A stretch of 42,780 bases of DNA from an uncultured Mailhella sp. (GTDB taxonomy: Bacteria > Desulfobacterota > Desulfovibrionia > Desulfovibrionales > Desulfovibrionaceae), in the NCBI GenBank assembly GCA_948482415.1, contig CAOMFZ010000001.1:1-42780 (forward strand), written 5' to 3'. The position numbers and the translations under genes are program-made. Every line of letters starts with the position of its first letter. Position 1 is the first letter of the stretch. Below, one piece after another: positions 29,693-39,275 of the stretch. The notes under the pieces were generated by a model, which had not been told where the DNA came from, made no database searches, and saw only the letters and a list, made by a program, of their open reading frames with translations.

Positions 29693-30298
29693 TCATATTT
29701 CCTGGCGATACTGCAAAGATTGACGCAGGGTTTCCTTATCCATAAATTTTACTTCTGCGCCAAGCGGGATACCCTGTGCCAAACGGGTAACTTTGACGGC
29801 AGGAAAACGGGCAAGCACTTTTTCACGAACATACACGGCTGTTGCTTCTGCCTCAGCTGTTGCGCCCAAGGCAAGCACAAGTTCTTTGACTTCCCCTTTT
29901 TCAAGACGAGCCATGAGCCTGTCCATTTCCAGATATTCATAGGAACGGCTGTCGAGCGGAGACAGCAAGCCTCCTAAAATAAAGTATTTTCCTTTATAAA
30001 AACCGCCTTCTTCCAAGGTCAGCATACTGTCCCATTCAGAAACAAGACACAGCATATCTGCTGCGCGCATGGGGTCAGAACAAATATTACAGGGGTCAAC
30101 ATCAGAGAGAGCCCCGCATTCTCCGCATAAATGCAGGTTTCCCCGCAGTTCATAAATATTTTTGCCAAGACGCATGGTTTCTGCTTCCGGCCATTTCAGC
30201 AAGGTCATTGCCACACGCATGGCAGATTTGGGACCAAGCCCCGGCAGTCTGGCGATTTGCTCTACAAGGATTTTTAATGGTTCTGGAATTTTTTGCAT
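29693..30298 (-). CDS. recR: recombination mediator RecR
   Basis: LPGLGPKSA, C4 Zn finger CGECG...PCNICSD, TOPRIM region, VTRLAQGIPLG. Confidence 0.97.
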   Translation of the reverse strand: MQKIPEPLKILVEQIARLPGLGPKSAMRVAMTLLKWPEAETMRLGKNIYELRGNLHLCGECGALSDVDPCNICSDPMRAADMLCLVSEWDSMLTLEEGGFYKGKYFILGGLLSPLDSRSYEYLEMDRLMARLEKGEVKELVLALGATAEAEATAVYVREKVLARFPAVKVTRLAQGIPLGAEVKFMDKETLRQSLQYRQEI

Positions 30299-30353
30299 AA
30301 CAACCTTTATTCAATAACGAACTAAAATCAATTATAATTTTATTTCAGCATAG

Positions 30354-31727
30354 TTAATCAAGAGGCGAAAATACAGGATTTTCAGGAACAGTTTTGCAAT
30401 AATTCAAAATAAATGTTCCCGCATATTTTGCACCCTTGTATATTTCCAACCGATATTGATTGCCGAATTTATCCACAGAAAAACGTTCCTGAAAGGCTTT
30501 TTTATAAATTTTTATATTGCTTTCATCGCCGCGGGGACCATTTCCCACAACAGCCCCAATGGCATTCAGGCGATAGCCTTTTTGCGGCAAAACTTTCGCA
30601 TAGTTTTTGGCAGACAAAATATCCCCGAATTTTGCGGTGTATACTTTACCGTCAAGTTCCACTTCCATACTGTCCAAAGACGTATCAAGCTCAAGCCATT
30701 CCACTTTAAAAGAGGTAACACTGTTGCTGCCGTAATGGACCTGCATGAGATTTTTTTCTGCCAAGGCTACTAAAATAGGACTGTTTCCCCCTCTGGCAAA
30801 ATTCTTTTGCATGGGAAAAACCCCAAGCTGCGGACGGCGGATATCATCCAAAGGCAAAATCAGGCGGCCATCCATAAAACCAAGATAAATATTTTTATTC
30901 AGCGCGTCATGAATACCCTTTGTGGTCAAAGGAAAATCACGGGAAAATTCAATACCTGCCACATTAAAAAATTCCTCAATGGCATTTAGATGATAATATA
31001 CCCGCCCGGCAACATTGATATTTTTTGTGGCTTCAATACCAAAAGCGGGCTTTCCCTGCCCTAAGGCAAACCAGGTCAAAGATTTCTCCATTTCCTTGTC
31101 ACCCTTGGCAGTTTCAGTATTTTTTAAATGATAGGAATGTCCTTTTTCCAGTAAATTATCATTAACTTTAGCCACAACCCGTCGCCCAATTTCCCCTAAA
31201 TTCCCAAAAGGAATGTCTCCGCATTCTTCCTGATCGATAATAACAGAATTGCCCCAGCGTTTTGGATTTTGCATGTCACTGACATATGTCGGGCTGTAAA
31301 ACCCGCTGCCGTCATGCAGATTTAAAATTAAATCCACTTCAGGAGAACGAATAAGCTCCTGCACCCGCCGAACAGCACGAAAATCAGGGTCTTTTTCACT
31401 GATTTTTGCAAACTTTCTGTTCATATCCCCGGAAGTGCCGCGATTTTTCTTAATAATGGAAAGAAAATTCAAATTGGGAATAATAGTCACATAGCCGTTT
31501 TTAAAGGTATAATGCGTGCCAAGCAGTGACGCCGCTGAAAAACCGCCGGGTTCATCTCCTTGTATGCCGCCGACAATGAGAATATGCGAAACACTGTCCA
31601 TAGTGGCACTTTCCGGGTGCGAACCAAGCTGTAAAACAGTAAAATCCAAAGGGTGAGCAGAAAGATTTTTCGCAGAAAGAGAAAAACAACAAAGCAAAAC
31701 AACAAGAACAAAGTAAACTTTTTTCAC
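30354..31727 (-). CDS. M99/M14 peptidoglycan DL-carboxypeptidase, Csd4/Pgp1-like
   Basis: signal peptide, GGIQGDEPGGF (Gln Zn ligand), GDMNRKF, LNLHDGSGFY, AFGIEATK, FSVDK...YRLE. Confidence 0.87.
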   Translation of the reverse strand: MKKVYFVLVVLLCCFSLSAKNLSAHPLDFTVLQLGSHPESATMDSVSHILIVGGIQGDEPGGFSAASLLGTHYTFKNGYVTIIPNLNFLSIIKKNRGTSGDMNRKFAKISEKDPDFRAVRRVQELIRSPEVDLILNLHDGSGFYSPTYVSDMQNPKRWGNSVIIDQEECGDIPFGNLGEIGRRVVAKVNDNLLEKGHSYHLKNTETAKGDKEMEKSLTWFALGQGKPAFGIEATKNINVAGRVYYHLNAIEEFFNVAGIEFSRDFPLTTKGIHDALNKNIYLGFMDGRLILPLDDIRRPQLGVFPMQKNFARGGNSPILVALAEKNLMQVHYGSNSVTSFKVEWLELDTSLDSMEVELDGKVYTAKFGDILSAKNYAKVLPQKGYRLNAIGAVVGNGPRGDESNIKIYKKAFQERFSVDKFGNQYRLEIYKGAKYAGTFILNYCKTVPENPVFSPLD

Positions 31728-31762
31728 ACAATACCCATATAAACAAAATTTCTTTTTCTATA

Positions 31763-32551
31763 TTATCCTTTAAAATAACAAGGCGCAAGTCTTAGATAGC
31801 CGTCAAAATAAATTCCGTCTTTTTGCACAGCTGCAAGCACGGCATAGACTTCAACTCCCCCGGCATAGGCTTTTTTCAATTTTTCTGCATAGATACTGTC
31901 AATAAAATCAGCAGGCATAAAACAGGAAGCATCAGTTCTCTGCACCACATAGAACATGACTGCCCTGTCTCCCTCTCTCTTTAATCGCATAAGCGTTTCC
32001 AGATGTTTTTGCCCTCTTTCACTCACAGCATCGGGAAAACACGCCGCATCATATTCCACCATGGAAACATTTTTACATTCCACCCATGCCTTTTTGCCGT
32101 TATCCGAAAAAAGGCAGGCATCAAGACGGCTTTCACCATTTTTTGCTTCCATTTTTATGTGCTGAAAATCCCAGGCAAAGGGAAGCAAAGCATAGTCATA
32201 TTCGGCATTGAGCAAAAAAAGCTCGTGCAAAAAACGATTGGGCACAGACGTATTGACGCCAAGCCACAAAGGCTTTTCATTTTCCTTGTTTAAATTGATG
32301 GCTTCCAGTGTATAGGCAAGTTTGCGATGAGGATTACCCGCGTGTGACAATAAAATAGAACGGCCTTTTTTTATCAGCCCCATCATGGAGCCGGTATTGT
32401 TGGTATGAGCAAATTCGCTGTGATAATTCCCGGCCATAATATCAGCAAGGCTTACGTTTTTATCTGTAAATTCAATGAAAAAGCGTCGTTCTCTTTGAAT
32501 AAGCTTTGCTTCAAAAAGTTCCTTTTCAAATGAAAGAACTTTAATATGCAT
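31763..32551 (-). CDS. sfsA: DNA/RNA nuclease SfsA
   Basis: R.RRF, AHTNNTGSM.G, SRLD, VECKNV, FPDAVSERGQKHL. Confidence 0.93.
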   Translation of the reverse strand: MHIKVLSFEKELFEAKLIQRERRFFIEFTDKNVSLADIMAGNYHSEFAHTNNTGSMMGLIKKGRSILLSHAGNPHRKLAYTLEAINLNKENEKPLWLGVNTSVPNRFLHELFLLNAEYDYALLPFAWDFQHIKMEAKNGESRLDACLFSDNGKKAWVECKNVSMVEYDAACFPDAVSERGQKHLETLMRLKREGDRAVMFYVVQRTDASCFMPADFIDSIYAEKLKKAYAGGVEVYAVLAAVQKDGIYFDGYLRLAPCYFKG

Positions 32552-32583
32552 AGGTTACTCCGTGTTTTTGCCTTTCTATGCAC

Positions 32584-34371
32584 TTATGCTTTTGGACAGT
32601 AACTGACCAGTTTTTGAAAGACTCCGTCAATATCCAAATCAGACGTATCGACAATAATCGCAGTTTCATGGGGTTTCAGCGGATCAACGGCTCTGTTTCT
32701 GTCCTGCGCATCACGGGCAATAATATTTTGCAAAATATCTTCGTATACCGCTTCCTGCCCTTTTTGCACAAGCTCATCATAACGGCGTTTTGCGCGTACT
32801 TCCGGACGGGCATCAAGGAAAAATTTAAGCGGTGCATGAGGAAAAACAACAGTGCCCATATCCCTGCCCTCTGCCACAAGAGCAGTCTGACTGCCGATTT
32901 CCCGCTGATATTTTTGCAGGGCTTTGCGCACTTCAGGAATTTTTGCCACAATGGACGCCAAGCGGCCGGCTTTTTCCGTGCGGATTTCTTCGCCGATTTT
33001 TTCACCATTTAAATAGAGGACAGACTGTTCATTTTCTTTTTTCAATGCATAAGAATACTTGGCAAATTCTTCCTGCATTTTTCTCTCACTCAAATCTGCC
33101 ACACCGGCTCCCACGCGCAAACCCAGACTGCGGTACATTGCCCCTGTATCCAAATAGGCAATACCCAAATAAGCGGCAAGTTTTTTCGCCAAAGTACTTT
33201 TGCCCACTCCGGCAGGTCCGTCAATGGTCACAATGAGATTTCCTTTGCCCAAAAGTTCACGCATAGCAGATAAAAACATGGTATTTTCTTCCGCAGTGCC
33301 AATGGAAACACGCACTAAATGAGAAAGCCCGTAACTTGCCAAAGCCCGTACAATAATGCCCCGTTCCAAAAGCTTTTGACAAACTTCTTTTGCGGACAAG
33401 ACGGCAGGTTCAAACATAATAAAATTGGAATGGGAAGGATACACTTTACAGCCAAGCTCCTGCAAAGCCTTTGCCATATTCGCCCGCTCTGCCATGGTGT
33501 GGGTGATTGTTTTTTGTTTGAATTCCTCGTCCTGCAAAGCACAGACTGCTGCTTCCTGTGCCAATATATTAATGGAAAACGGCAGCCTAATACGCCATAA
33601 ATAATCTGCCACCGTTTCCGGCACAAAAATATACCCGATACGCATGCCGGCAAGTCCGTAAACTTTTGAAAAGGTCCGCATAATGGCAACATTTTCAAAA
33701 CTTGCCAGCTCACCGATAATGGAGCAGTCTTCTTCTTTGCCGGCAAATTCAATATAGGCCTCGTCCACAACCAGCAAACATGTTTCAGGCAGTGACTTTG
33801 CAAAAGCAAGCAGTTCCTTTCTGTCAGCAAGGCGGCCGCTGGGATTGTCAGGACTTGTCACAAAACAAAGGGCTGTGTTTTCATCAATCAAAGCCCGCAG
33901 CCCTTCAAAATCAAAACTAAAATCTTCTTTCAAAGGTGCAGTGCGAATTTCACAGTTCTGTACTTTTGCCTGCGTGGAATATAAACCGAAACAAGGCTTA
34001 AACATCACCGCATTATGCTTGCCCGGCACAGTCAATGTGCGGAATAAAAGGTCAATGATTTCATCGGAACCATTGCCTGCAAAAATTTGTTTTTCACTGA
34101 TAAAAGGATATTTTTTTTGATAATAATTTGCAATGGCTTTGACAAGCCTGGGATTGCCTGCCTGAGGATAGCGAAAAGCATTACCAACATTCTGCACCAT
34201 GCTTTCCTTTGCAAGTTTTGAAGAACCAAAAGGATTTTCATTGCTTGCCATTTTGATAACATGGGCTAACTGATATTTTTCTTTAATTTCATCAATGGAT
34301 AAGCCCGCCACATAGGGCTCAAAAGATTTGATATGTTCACAAATTGGTAATTCACTTTTCATAAATGCCAT
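32584..34371 (-). CDS. hisC-cmk: fused histidinol-phosphate aminotransferase (HisC) / cytidylate kinase (Cmk)
   Basis: ASNENP, GNGSDE, VDEAY, RTFSKVYGLAGMRIG (HisC), then in frame IDGPAGVGKST, LDTGAMYR, EGRDMGTVVFP (Cmk). Start is uncertain (34389/34371/34362). Confidence 0.92.
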   Translation of the reverse strand: MAFMKSELPICEHIKSFEPYVAGLSIDEIKEKYQLAHVIKMASNENPFGSSKLAKESMVQNVGNAFRYPQAGNPRLVKAIANYYQKKYPFISEKQIFAGNGSDEIIDLLFRTLTVPGKHNAVMFKPCFGLYSTQAKVQNCEIRTAPLKEDFSFDFEGLRALIDENTALCFVTSPDNPSGRLADRKELLAFAKSLPETCLLVVDEAYIEFAGKEEDCSIIGELASFENVAIMRTFSKVYGLAGMRIGYIFVPETVADYLWRIRLPFSINILAQEAAVCALQDEEFKQKTITHTMAERANMAKALQELGCKVYPSHSNFIMFEPAVLSAKEVCQKLLERGIIVRALASYGLSHLVRVSIGTAEENTMFLSAMRELLGKGNLIVTIDGPAGVGKSTLAKKLAAYLGIAYLDTGAMYRSLGLRVGAGVADLSERKMQEEFAKYSYALKKENEQSVLYLNGEKIGEEIRTEKAGRLASIVAKIPEVRKALQKYQREIGSQTALVAEGRDMGTVVFPHAPLKFFLDARPEVRAKRRYDELVQKGQEAVYEDILQNIIARDAQDRNRAVDPLKPHETAIIVDTSDLDIDGVFQKLVSYCPKA

Positions 34372-34391
34372 AACCCCATAAAATTCCATAG

Positions 34392-34425
34392 AAAAAAGAG
34401 CTTTGGCAAAAATATGCCAAAGCCC
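34392..34425 (-). terminator. Rho-independent terminator after usp
   Basis: minus strand GGGCTTTGGCA-TATTTT-TGCCAAAGCTC-TTTTTT. Confidence 0.8.
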
Positions 34426-34446
34426 TCAGCGTTTAATTTTTTATCC

Positions 34447-34890
34447 TTATTCAGTAGGACGAATTGTCAAAACAGGAATAACTGAATTTTTAACAACCTT
34501 TTCAGCAACTGAGCCAAAAAGCATACGGTCAATACCGGTTCTGCCGTGTGTGCCCATAATGATAAGGTCTGCTTTTTCTCTGTCAGCGCAAGCTAAAATT
34601 TCTTCAGCAGCATATCCGATAACAACATCAGAAGTGACATTCACCCCTGCAAAATTTTCTTTTACGAATTGTTCCATGGTTGCTTTTGCGCCGTCAACAA
34701 TTTCGCTCACAAAAGTATCGATAGAATTAGGCGGAACATGGAAACCGGTATACTGTGTCATGGTAGGAGCTACATAAAGAGCAACTACGCTTCCGCCTGA
34801 CATTTGTGCAAGCATAGTTGCATAAGAAGCAACTTCCTTACTGTGTTCTGCTAAATCTAAAGCACATACGATTTTCTTAAAAGATGCCAT
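34447..34890 (-). CDS. universal stress protein (UspA family)
   Basis: KKIVCALD, ADLIIMGTHGRTG..RMLFGSVAEKVV...PVL. Confidence 0.96.
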   Translation of the reverse strand: MASFKKIVCALDLAEHSKEVASYATMLAQMSGGSVVALYVAPTMTQYTGFHVPPNSIDTFVSEIVDGAKATMEQFVKENFAGVNVTSDVVIGYAAEEILACADREKADLIIMGTHGRTGIDRMLFGSVAEKVVKNSVIPVLTIRPTE

Positions 34891-34938
34891 AATAAACCCC
34901 TTTCCAAAGATTTAAGTTTATAAAAACTTCCTGTCTTT

Positions 34939-34967
34939 ATAATAGGTATTTTTTTCCGTCTGCACAA
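34939..34967 (-). promoter_or_regulatory. putative sigma70 promoter of usp
   Basis: minus strand TTGTGC-17 nt-TATTAT. Confidence 0.4.
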
Positions 34968-35096
34968 GCTATAAATGAGAAATTAGAAAAATATTTTTTA
35001 AAAGGGAAAATTTTGCTAGCTCAAAATGGGCAAAAAATACACACTTAAAAATTTAAAATAAACAAAATCAAAATACTAGAAAAAGTCTAGACTTTT

Positions 35097-35112
35097 TGGC
35101 AAGGCTTTTGCA
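35097..35112 (+). promoter_or_regulatory. sigma54 (-24/-12) promoter
   Basis: TGGCAAGGCTTTTGCA has exact GG-N10-GC spacing and one mismatch to TGGCACGNNNNTTGCW; AT-rich tract upstream. Confidence 0.8.
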
Positions 35113-35225
35113 TAAGATAAGACAACCAGATTTAAAGCTATACTTTTTGCCGGGTTCGGCATATAGTTTTTTCTATGGACTGCGTTAGGGCAAATTCATG
35201 AAGAAATGCCCTTAAGGAGTGAAAC

Positions 35226-35747
35226 ATGAAGATTAACTCAGAATTAGAAAGAATTCTTCGCGCTCAACAACAGGCTCAAACAGTCAAAACAAAGAGTGCA
35301 GACAGCTCCACCGCTTTTGAAGACCTTTTACAAGGTGCCATGCAAAAGCAAGACGCAACACGTTTAGATGATGAGGAAATTTCCCTTCCGTCACTTGACC
35401 TTGCTGCCCTTAGTATTGGGATAGAAACAGAAAATGTTTCTGAAGTACAGAGTACAAGTGAAGAGGATATGAGTGCAAACCCTCGGCAGGCACTCTTGAA
35501 TGCAATTGAAAATTCCCTCTCAAGCCTTGATTTGTATACCCAAAGTATACAAAGCCAAAATGCTTCTTTTAATATGAAGCAGGCATGGCAGGGGCTCACG
35601 GCGTTTAACCAAAGTGTAAACGATTTACGTCAAAACTATGCAAGTCTTTCTGAACAAGATTCTTCCCTTGACGCCATGATTAATGATTTGGAAATTATGG
35701 CAGTAACCGAAACTTACAAATTTAATCGCGGTGATTATAGTCTGTAA
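35226..35747 (+). CDS. hypothetical helical protein, possibly FliX-like flagellar regulator
   Basis: AAGGAG RBS, MKI start, C-terminal SLDAMINDLEIMAVTETYKFNRGDY; own sigma54 promoter and terminator. Confidence 0.6.
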   Translation: MKINSELERILRAQQQAQTVKTKSADSSTAFEDLLQGAMQKQDATRLDDEEISLPSLDLAALSIGIETENVSEVQSTSEEDMSANPRQALLNAIENSLSSLDLYTQSIQSQNASFNMKQAWQGLTAFNQSVNDLRQNYASLSEQDSSLDAMINDLEIMAVTETYKFNRGDYSL

Positions 35748-35764
35748 TTTTTCGTAAAAATCAG

Positions 35765-35800
35765 AAAAAAGGAAGTCTGGAAACAGGCTTCCTTTTTCTT
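35765..35800 (+). terminator. Rho-independent terminator
   Basis: A6-GGAAGTCTG-GAAA-CAGGCTTCC-TTTTT. Confidence 0.85.
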
Positions 35801-35879
35801 TTAAGCGCTGAAACTTTTTCTTTTCAAGAAAGGCGCTTTATTATACCATACGCACAGAGAAAAGAAAAACGAGAAAAAA

Positions 35880-37088
35880 ATGACAAGAAAAAATATAGAC
35901 AGAAAACAGATTGGTAATTTCACCGTCCTTGCCGCTGACGAAAATGCACGCGCAGGACTTTTGCAGACAGCCCATGGCGCCATTGAAACGCCTATTTTTA
36001 TGCCTGTGGGCACTGTGGGCAGCGTAAAAGCCATTGCTCCCGATGACTTAGAGAATATCGGCGCGCAAATTATTTTAGGCAATACCTATCACCTGTATTT
36101 GCGCCCCAATGATGAACTCATTGCCCGCCGCGGCGGTCTTCATAAATTTATCAGCTGGGATAAACCTGTTTTGACTGACAGCGGAGGCTTTCAGGTTTTC
36201 AGTCTGAGCTCCCTGCGCAAAATGACCGATGAATATGTGGAATTTCGCTCTCACCTTGACGGCTCCAAACATATTTTTTCCCCTGAAAAAGTTATTTCCA
36301 TTCAGCGCAATCTTAATTCTGATATTATGATGCAGCTGGACGAATGTATCGGCTACGGCGCAGCTGAAAAAGACGCGCTCAAAGCTGTGGAACGGAGCAC
36401 TGCCTGGGCAAAGCGCTGCCGTGAAGCCTATCCTTCTCATTTAGTCAATGAAATGCCTTGCGATGACATGGCTGTCGGACAAAATTCACGCGGCAATCTT
36501 TTATTTGGCATTGTGCAGGGCGAAACCTATCCGCATTTGCGCGAAATGAGCGCAAAATCCCTCATGGAAATTGGCATGGAAGGCTATGCAATCGGCGGAC
36601 TGGCTGTAGGTGAACCAAAACATAAAATGGTTAAAATCATTCGTGAGCTGCACCCAATTCTGCCGCAGACAAAACCCCGTTATCTCATGGGCGTTGGCAC
36701 TCCCCTTGATATTTTGTACGGCATTGAAAACGGTGTGGACATGTTTGACTGTGTTCTGCCTACGCGAAACGCACGAAACGGCACACTGTACACCCATAAC
36801 GGCAAAATCAATATCAAGCGCAAAGAATTTGCCGAAGACGACAGCCCGCTTGATGAACATTGTAATTGCTATACCTGCCGAACTTTCAGCAAGGCTTATT
36901 TGCGCCACCTCTACACCAGTCAGGAAATTTTATCATTCAGGCTTAACTCCCTGCATAATCTGACCTTTTTCCTTGACCTTGTGCGCGGTGCAAGAAAAGC
37001 CATATTTGAGGGAAGATACAAGGAATATAAAGCACATTTTGAGCAAGCCTATGCTGATGAAAACGAAAAATTTTTAATTGAAGAATAA
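35880..37088 (+). CDS. tgt: tRNA-guanine(34) transglycosylase
   Basis: [59 protein letters not shown]. Confidence 0.98.
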   Translation: MTRKNIDRKQIGNFTVLAADENARAGLLQTAHGAIETPIFMPVGTVGSVKAIAPDDLENIGAQIILGNTYHLYLRPNDELIARRGGLHKFISWDKPVLTDSGGFQVFSLSSLRKMTDEYVEFRSHLDGSKHIFSPEKVISIQRNLNSDIMMQLDECIGYGAAEKDALKAVERSTAWAKRCREAYPSHLVNEMPCDDMAVGQNSRGNLLFGIVQGETYPHLREMSAKSLMEIGMEGYAIGGLAVGEPKHKMVKIIRELHPILPQTKPRYLMGVGTPLDILYGIENGVDMFDCVLPTRNARNGTLYTHNGKINIKRKEFAEDDSPLDEHCNCYTCRTFSKAYLRHLYTSQEILSFRLNSLHNLTFFLDLVRGARKAIFEGRYKEYKAHFEQAYADENEKFLIEE

Positions 37089-37109
37089 TTTATAGTTGGG
37101 AAAAATACC

Positions 37110-37547
37110 ATGAATACAATCACCAAAGAAGAACTCCAGAACCTTATTGGCAATGAAGACGCTGTCGGCAAATATTTCCAAATTGAAGTACTGGATTTTG
37201 CTGACAATTTTGCAAAATGTGCCATGCCCATTACGGATAAGCATCAAAACCCCCTTGCCATTGCCCACGGCGGAGCAATTTTTTCCCTTGCCGACCTTTG
37301 TTTTGAAACTGCCTGTCATGCCGCCGGACGTTTTTGCGTCAACACACAAACGTCCATTTCTTTTTTAAATAAAGGGATTGGCGACAAACTTTTTGCAGAA
37401 GCAAAACTTCTCAAAAGCGGCTCAAAAATGGTTGTCTATGAAGTCAAAGTCACAGATACGGAAAATACCCTTGTGGCACAAGGGCAAATTACAGGCTATT
37501 GCCTTGGCAGAGTTGAAGAATTAATGAATAAAAACCCGCAAAAATAA
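37110..37547 (+). CDS. PaaI family hotdog-fold thioesterase
   Basis: HQN...AHGGAIFSLAD motif. Confidence 0.9.
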   Translation: MNTITKEELQNLIGNEDAVGKYFQIEVLDFADNFAKCAMPITDKHQNPLAIAHGGAIFSLADLCFETACHAAGRFCVNTQTSISFLNKGIGDKLFAEAKLLKSGSKMVVYEVKVTDTENTLVAQGQITGYCLGRVEELMNKNPQK

Positions 37548-37549
37548 TT

Positions 37550-39109
37550 ATGCTTAATACCATAAATAAAAAAGATACTATTGCCGCCATTGCCACCGGT
37601 GCGTCAGCAGGCGGACTGGGTGTTATCAGAATTTCCGGGCAAAAAGCAAAAGATATCCTGCTCACGGTTTTTCGTCCCAAACAACATACTTTTTTTCAGC
37701 TCAAGCCCCGCTATATGCATTATGGCTCATTTCTTTTCAATGAAAACGGACAGGAGCAAATTTTAGACGAAATTTTAGCCGTCTATTTTCCTGCTCCCCA
37801 TTCCTACACCGGCGAAGATGTGGCAGAAATCCATGCCCACGGCAGTACTGTTTTACTTCATACCATGCTTGAGTACATTCTTTCTCTGGGCATTCGTCAG
37901 GCAGAAGCAGGGGAATTTACCAAACGGGCATTTTTGAACGGACGTATTGATTTATCCCAAGCTGAAGCTGTGGCTGAAATTATTGCCGCTCCCAGTGTTG
38001 AGGGTCTGCGGCTTGCTTCCGCCAAACTGCACGGACAATTAGGACAGCGCATTGAAGAACTGCGCGCGCAAATTGAATATATACGCCGCCGCCTTTGCCT
38101 TGCCATTGATTTTCCGGAAGAAGAGGGAGAGTGCCTGCCCCATGAGGAATTTCATGCGCTTACCGGTAAACTGCAAAACGATATACAAGCACTCATCAAT
38201 GCCTATGAACGGGCAAAACCATGGCAGGAAGGAGCGCTTGTTGTGCTGGCAGGGCAGGTCAATGCGGGCAAATCAAGTCTGATGAATGCTCTTTTAGGCA
38301 GAGAACGCGCCATTGTCACCGAACAGGCAGGCACCACCCGCGATTATCTGGAAGAAGCCAGTTCCTTGAGGGGCTTGCCCATTCGCCTGACCGACACGGC
38401 AGGACTTCGCGAAATTGCGTGGATTATGGAGCATTACCCCAATACGCGCATCTATTTTGACGAAGAACGCGCAAAAGAAATTATTGCCGCTATTAAAAAT
38501 AATACGCTTTCCGGGCAAAATTCCCCTATCAATCCCATTGAGGCAGAAGGCATTTGCCGCAGTCTTGCCCTTATTGAACAGGCAGACATTGTTTTTCTTG
38601 TTTTTGACGGCAAAGCTATTATCGAAACATGCGGCAATGATGCAGACGCAATCTTTACCCACATGCAGGCAGAACTTTCCCTGCTTCCGAAGCAGACAAA
38701 AAAACTGTGTATCTGGAATAAGGCAGACCTTGCCCCGCTGACACAAGAAGCCGTTGCAGCTCTCGAAGAAAAAGCAGATTGTCCTGTTCTTTGCCTTTCA
38801 GTTCGTGAAAAAAAGCATAGTGACTATTTCCGCCATACGATTGATGATTTGGCGCAAAAAGCTTATGCCATGCTGGTGACAAGCGACAGACAGCAAAATG
38901 AAATTGCTCCCAACCGCAGACAGGCAGGACTTTTGCAAAAAGCCTATGACGAGCTCGCCATTCTGCATACGGAAATTGACATTCTTCCCCCGGATATTAC
39001 AGCCATACGCCTTGAAAGTGCGGCTGATTATCTTGGAAATATCACAGGCTTATGCAATGTGGACGAAACATTTAACGCCATTTTTGAAGAATTCTGCATT
39101 GGCAAATAA
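37550..39109 (+). CDS. mnmE: tRNA U34 modification GTPase MnmE
   Basis: DTIAAIAT, SYTGED, GEFTKRAFLNG, GQVNAGKSS, GTTRD, DTAG, NKAD, FCIGK. Confidence 0.97.
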   Translation: MLNTINKKDTIAAIATGASAGGLGVIRISGQKAKDILLTVFRPKQHTFFQLKPRYMHYGSFLFNENGQEQILDEILAVYFPAPHSYTGEDVAEIHAHGSTVLLHTMLEYILSLGIRQAEAGEFTKRAFLNGRIDLSQAEAVAEIIAAPSVEGLRLASAKLHGQLGQRIEELRAQIEYIRRRLCLAIDFPEEEGECLPHEEFHALTGKLQNDIQALINAYERAKPWQEGALVVLAGQVNAGKSSLMNALLGRERAIVTEQAGTTRDYLEEASSLRGLPIRLTDTAGLREIAWIMEHYPNTRIYFDEERAKEIIAAIKNNTLSGQNSPINPIEAEGICRSLALIEQADIVFLVFDGKAIIETCGNDADAIFTHMQAELSLLPKQTKKLCIWNKADLAPLTQEAVAALEEKADCPVLCLSVREKKHSDYFRHTIDDLAQKAYAMLVTSDRQQNEIAPNRRQAGLLQKAYDELAILHTEIDILPPDITAIRLESAADYLGNITGLCNVDETFNAIFEEFCIGK

Positions 39110-39275
39110 AGAAAGCTCACTTCTATCACCACAAAAGGGCAAAAAATTTTTTTCCCAAAAATAACTAATGCATTAATAAAAAAAATACGTTATATACATT
39201 TTGATATTGCCAAAATATCAAGAATGATTATTTTTTTTATACCGTTTTTGGTAAATTCTTTTTTTGGAGGCTTCA

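Noticed and set aside
35180..35220. GGGCAAA as the start of a c-di-GMP-I riboswitch
   Set aside because: There is no GAAA tetraloop/GACGCAAA or second stem of that consensus.
38427..38440. ATGGAGCATTACCC in the MnmE insertion resembles the repeat end CTAGAGCATTTCC
   Set aside because: The match is short, and there is no partner inverted repeat or core sequence in the insert.
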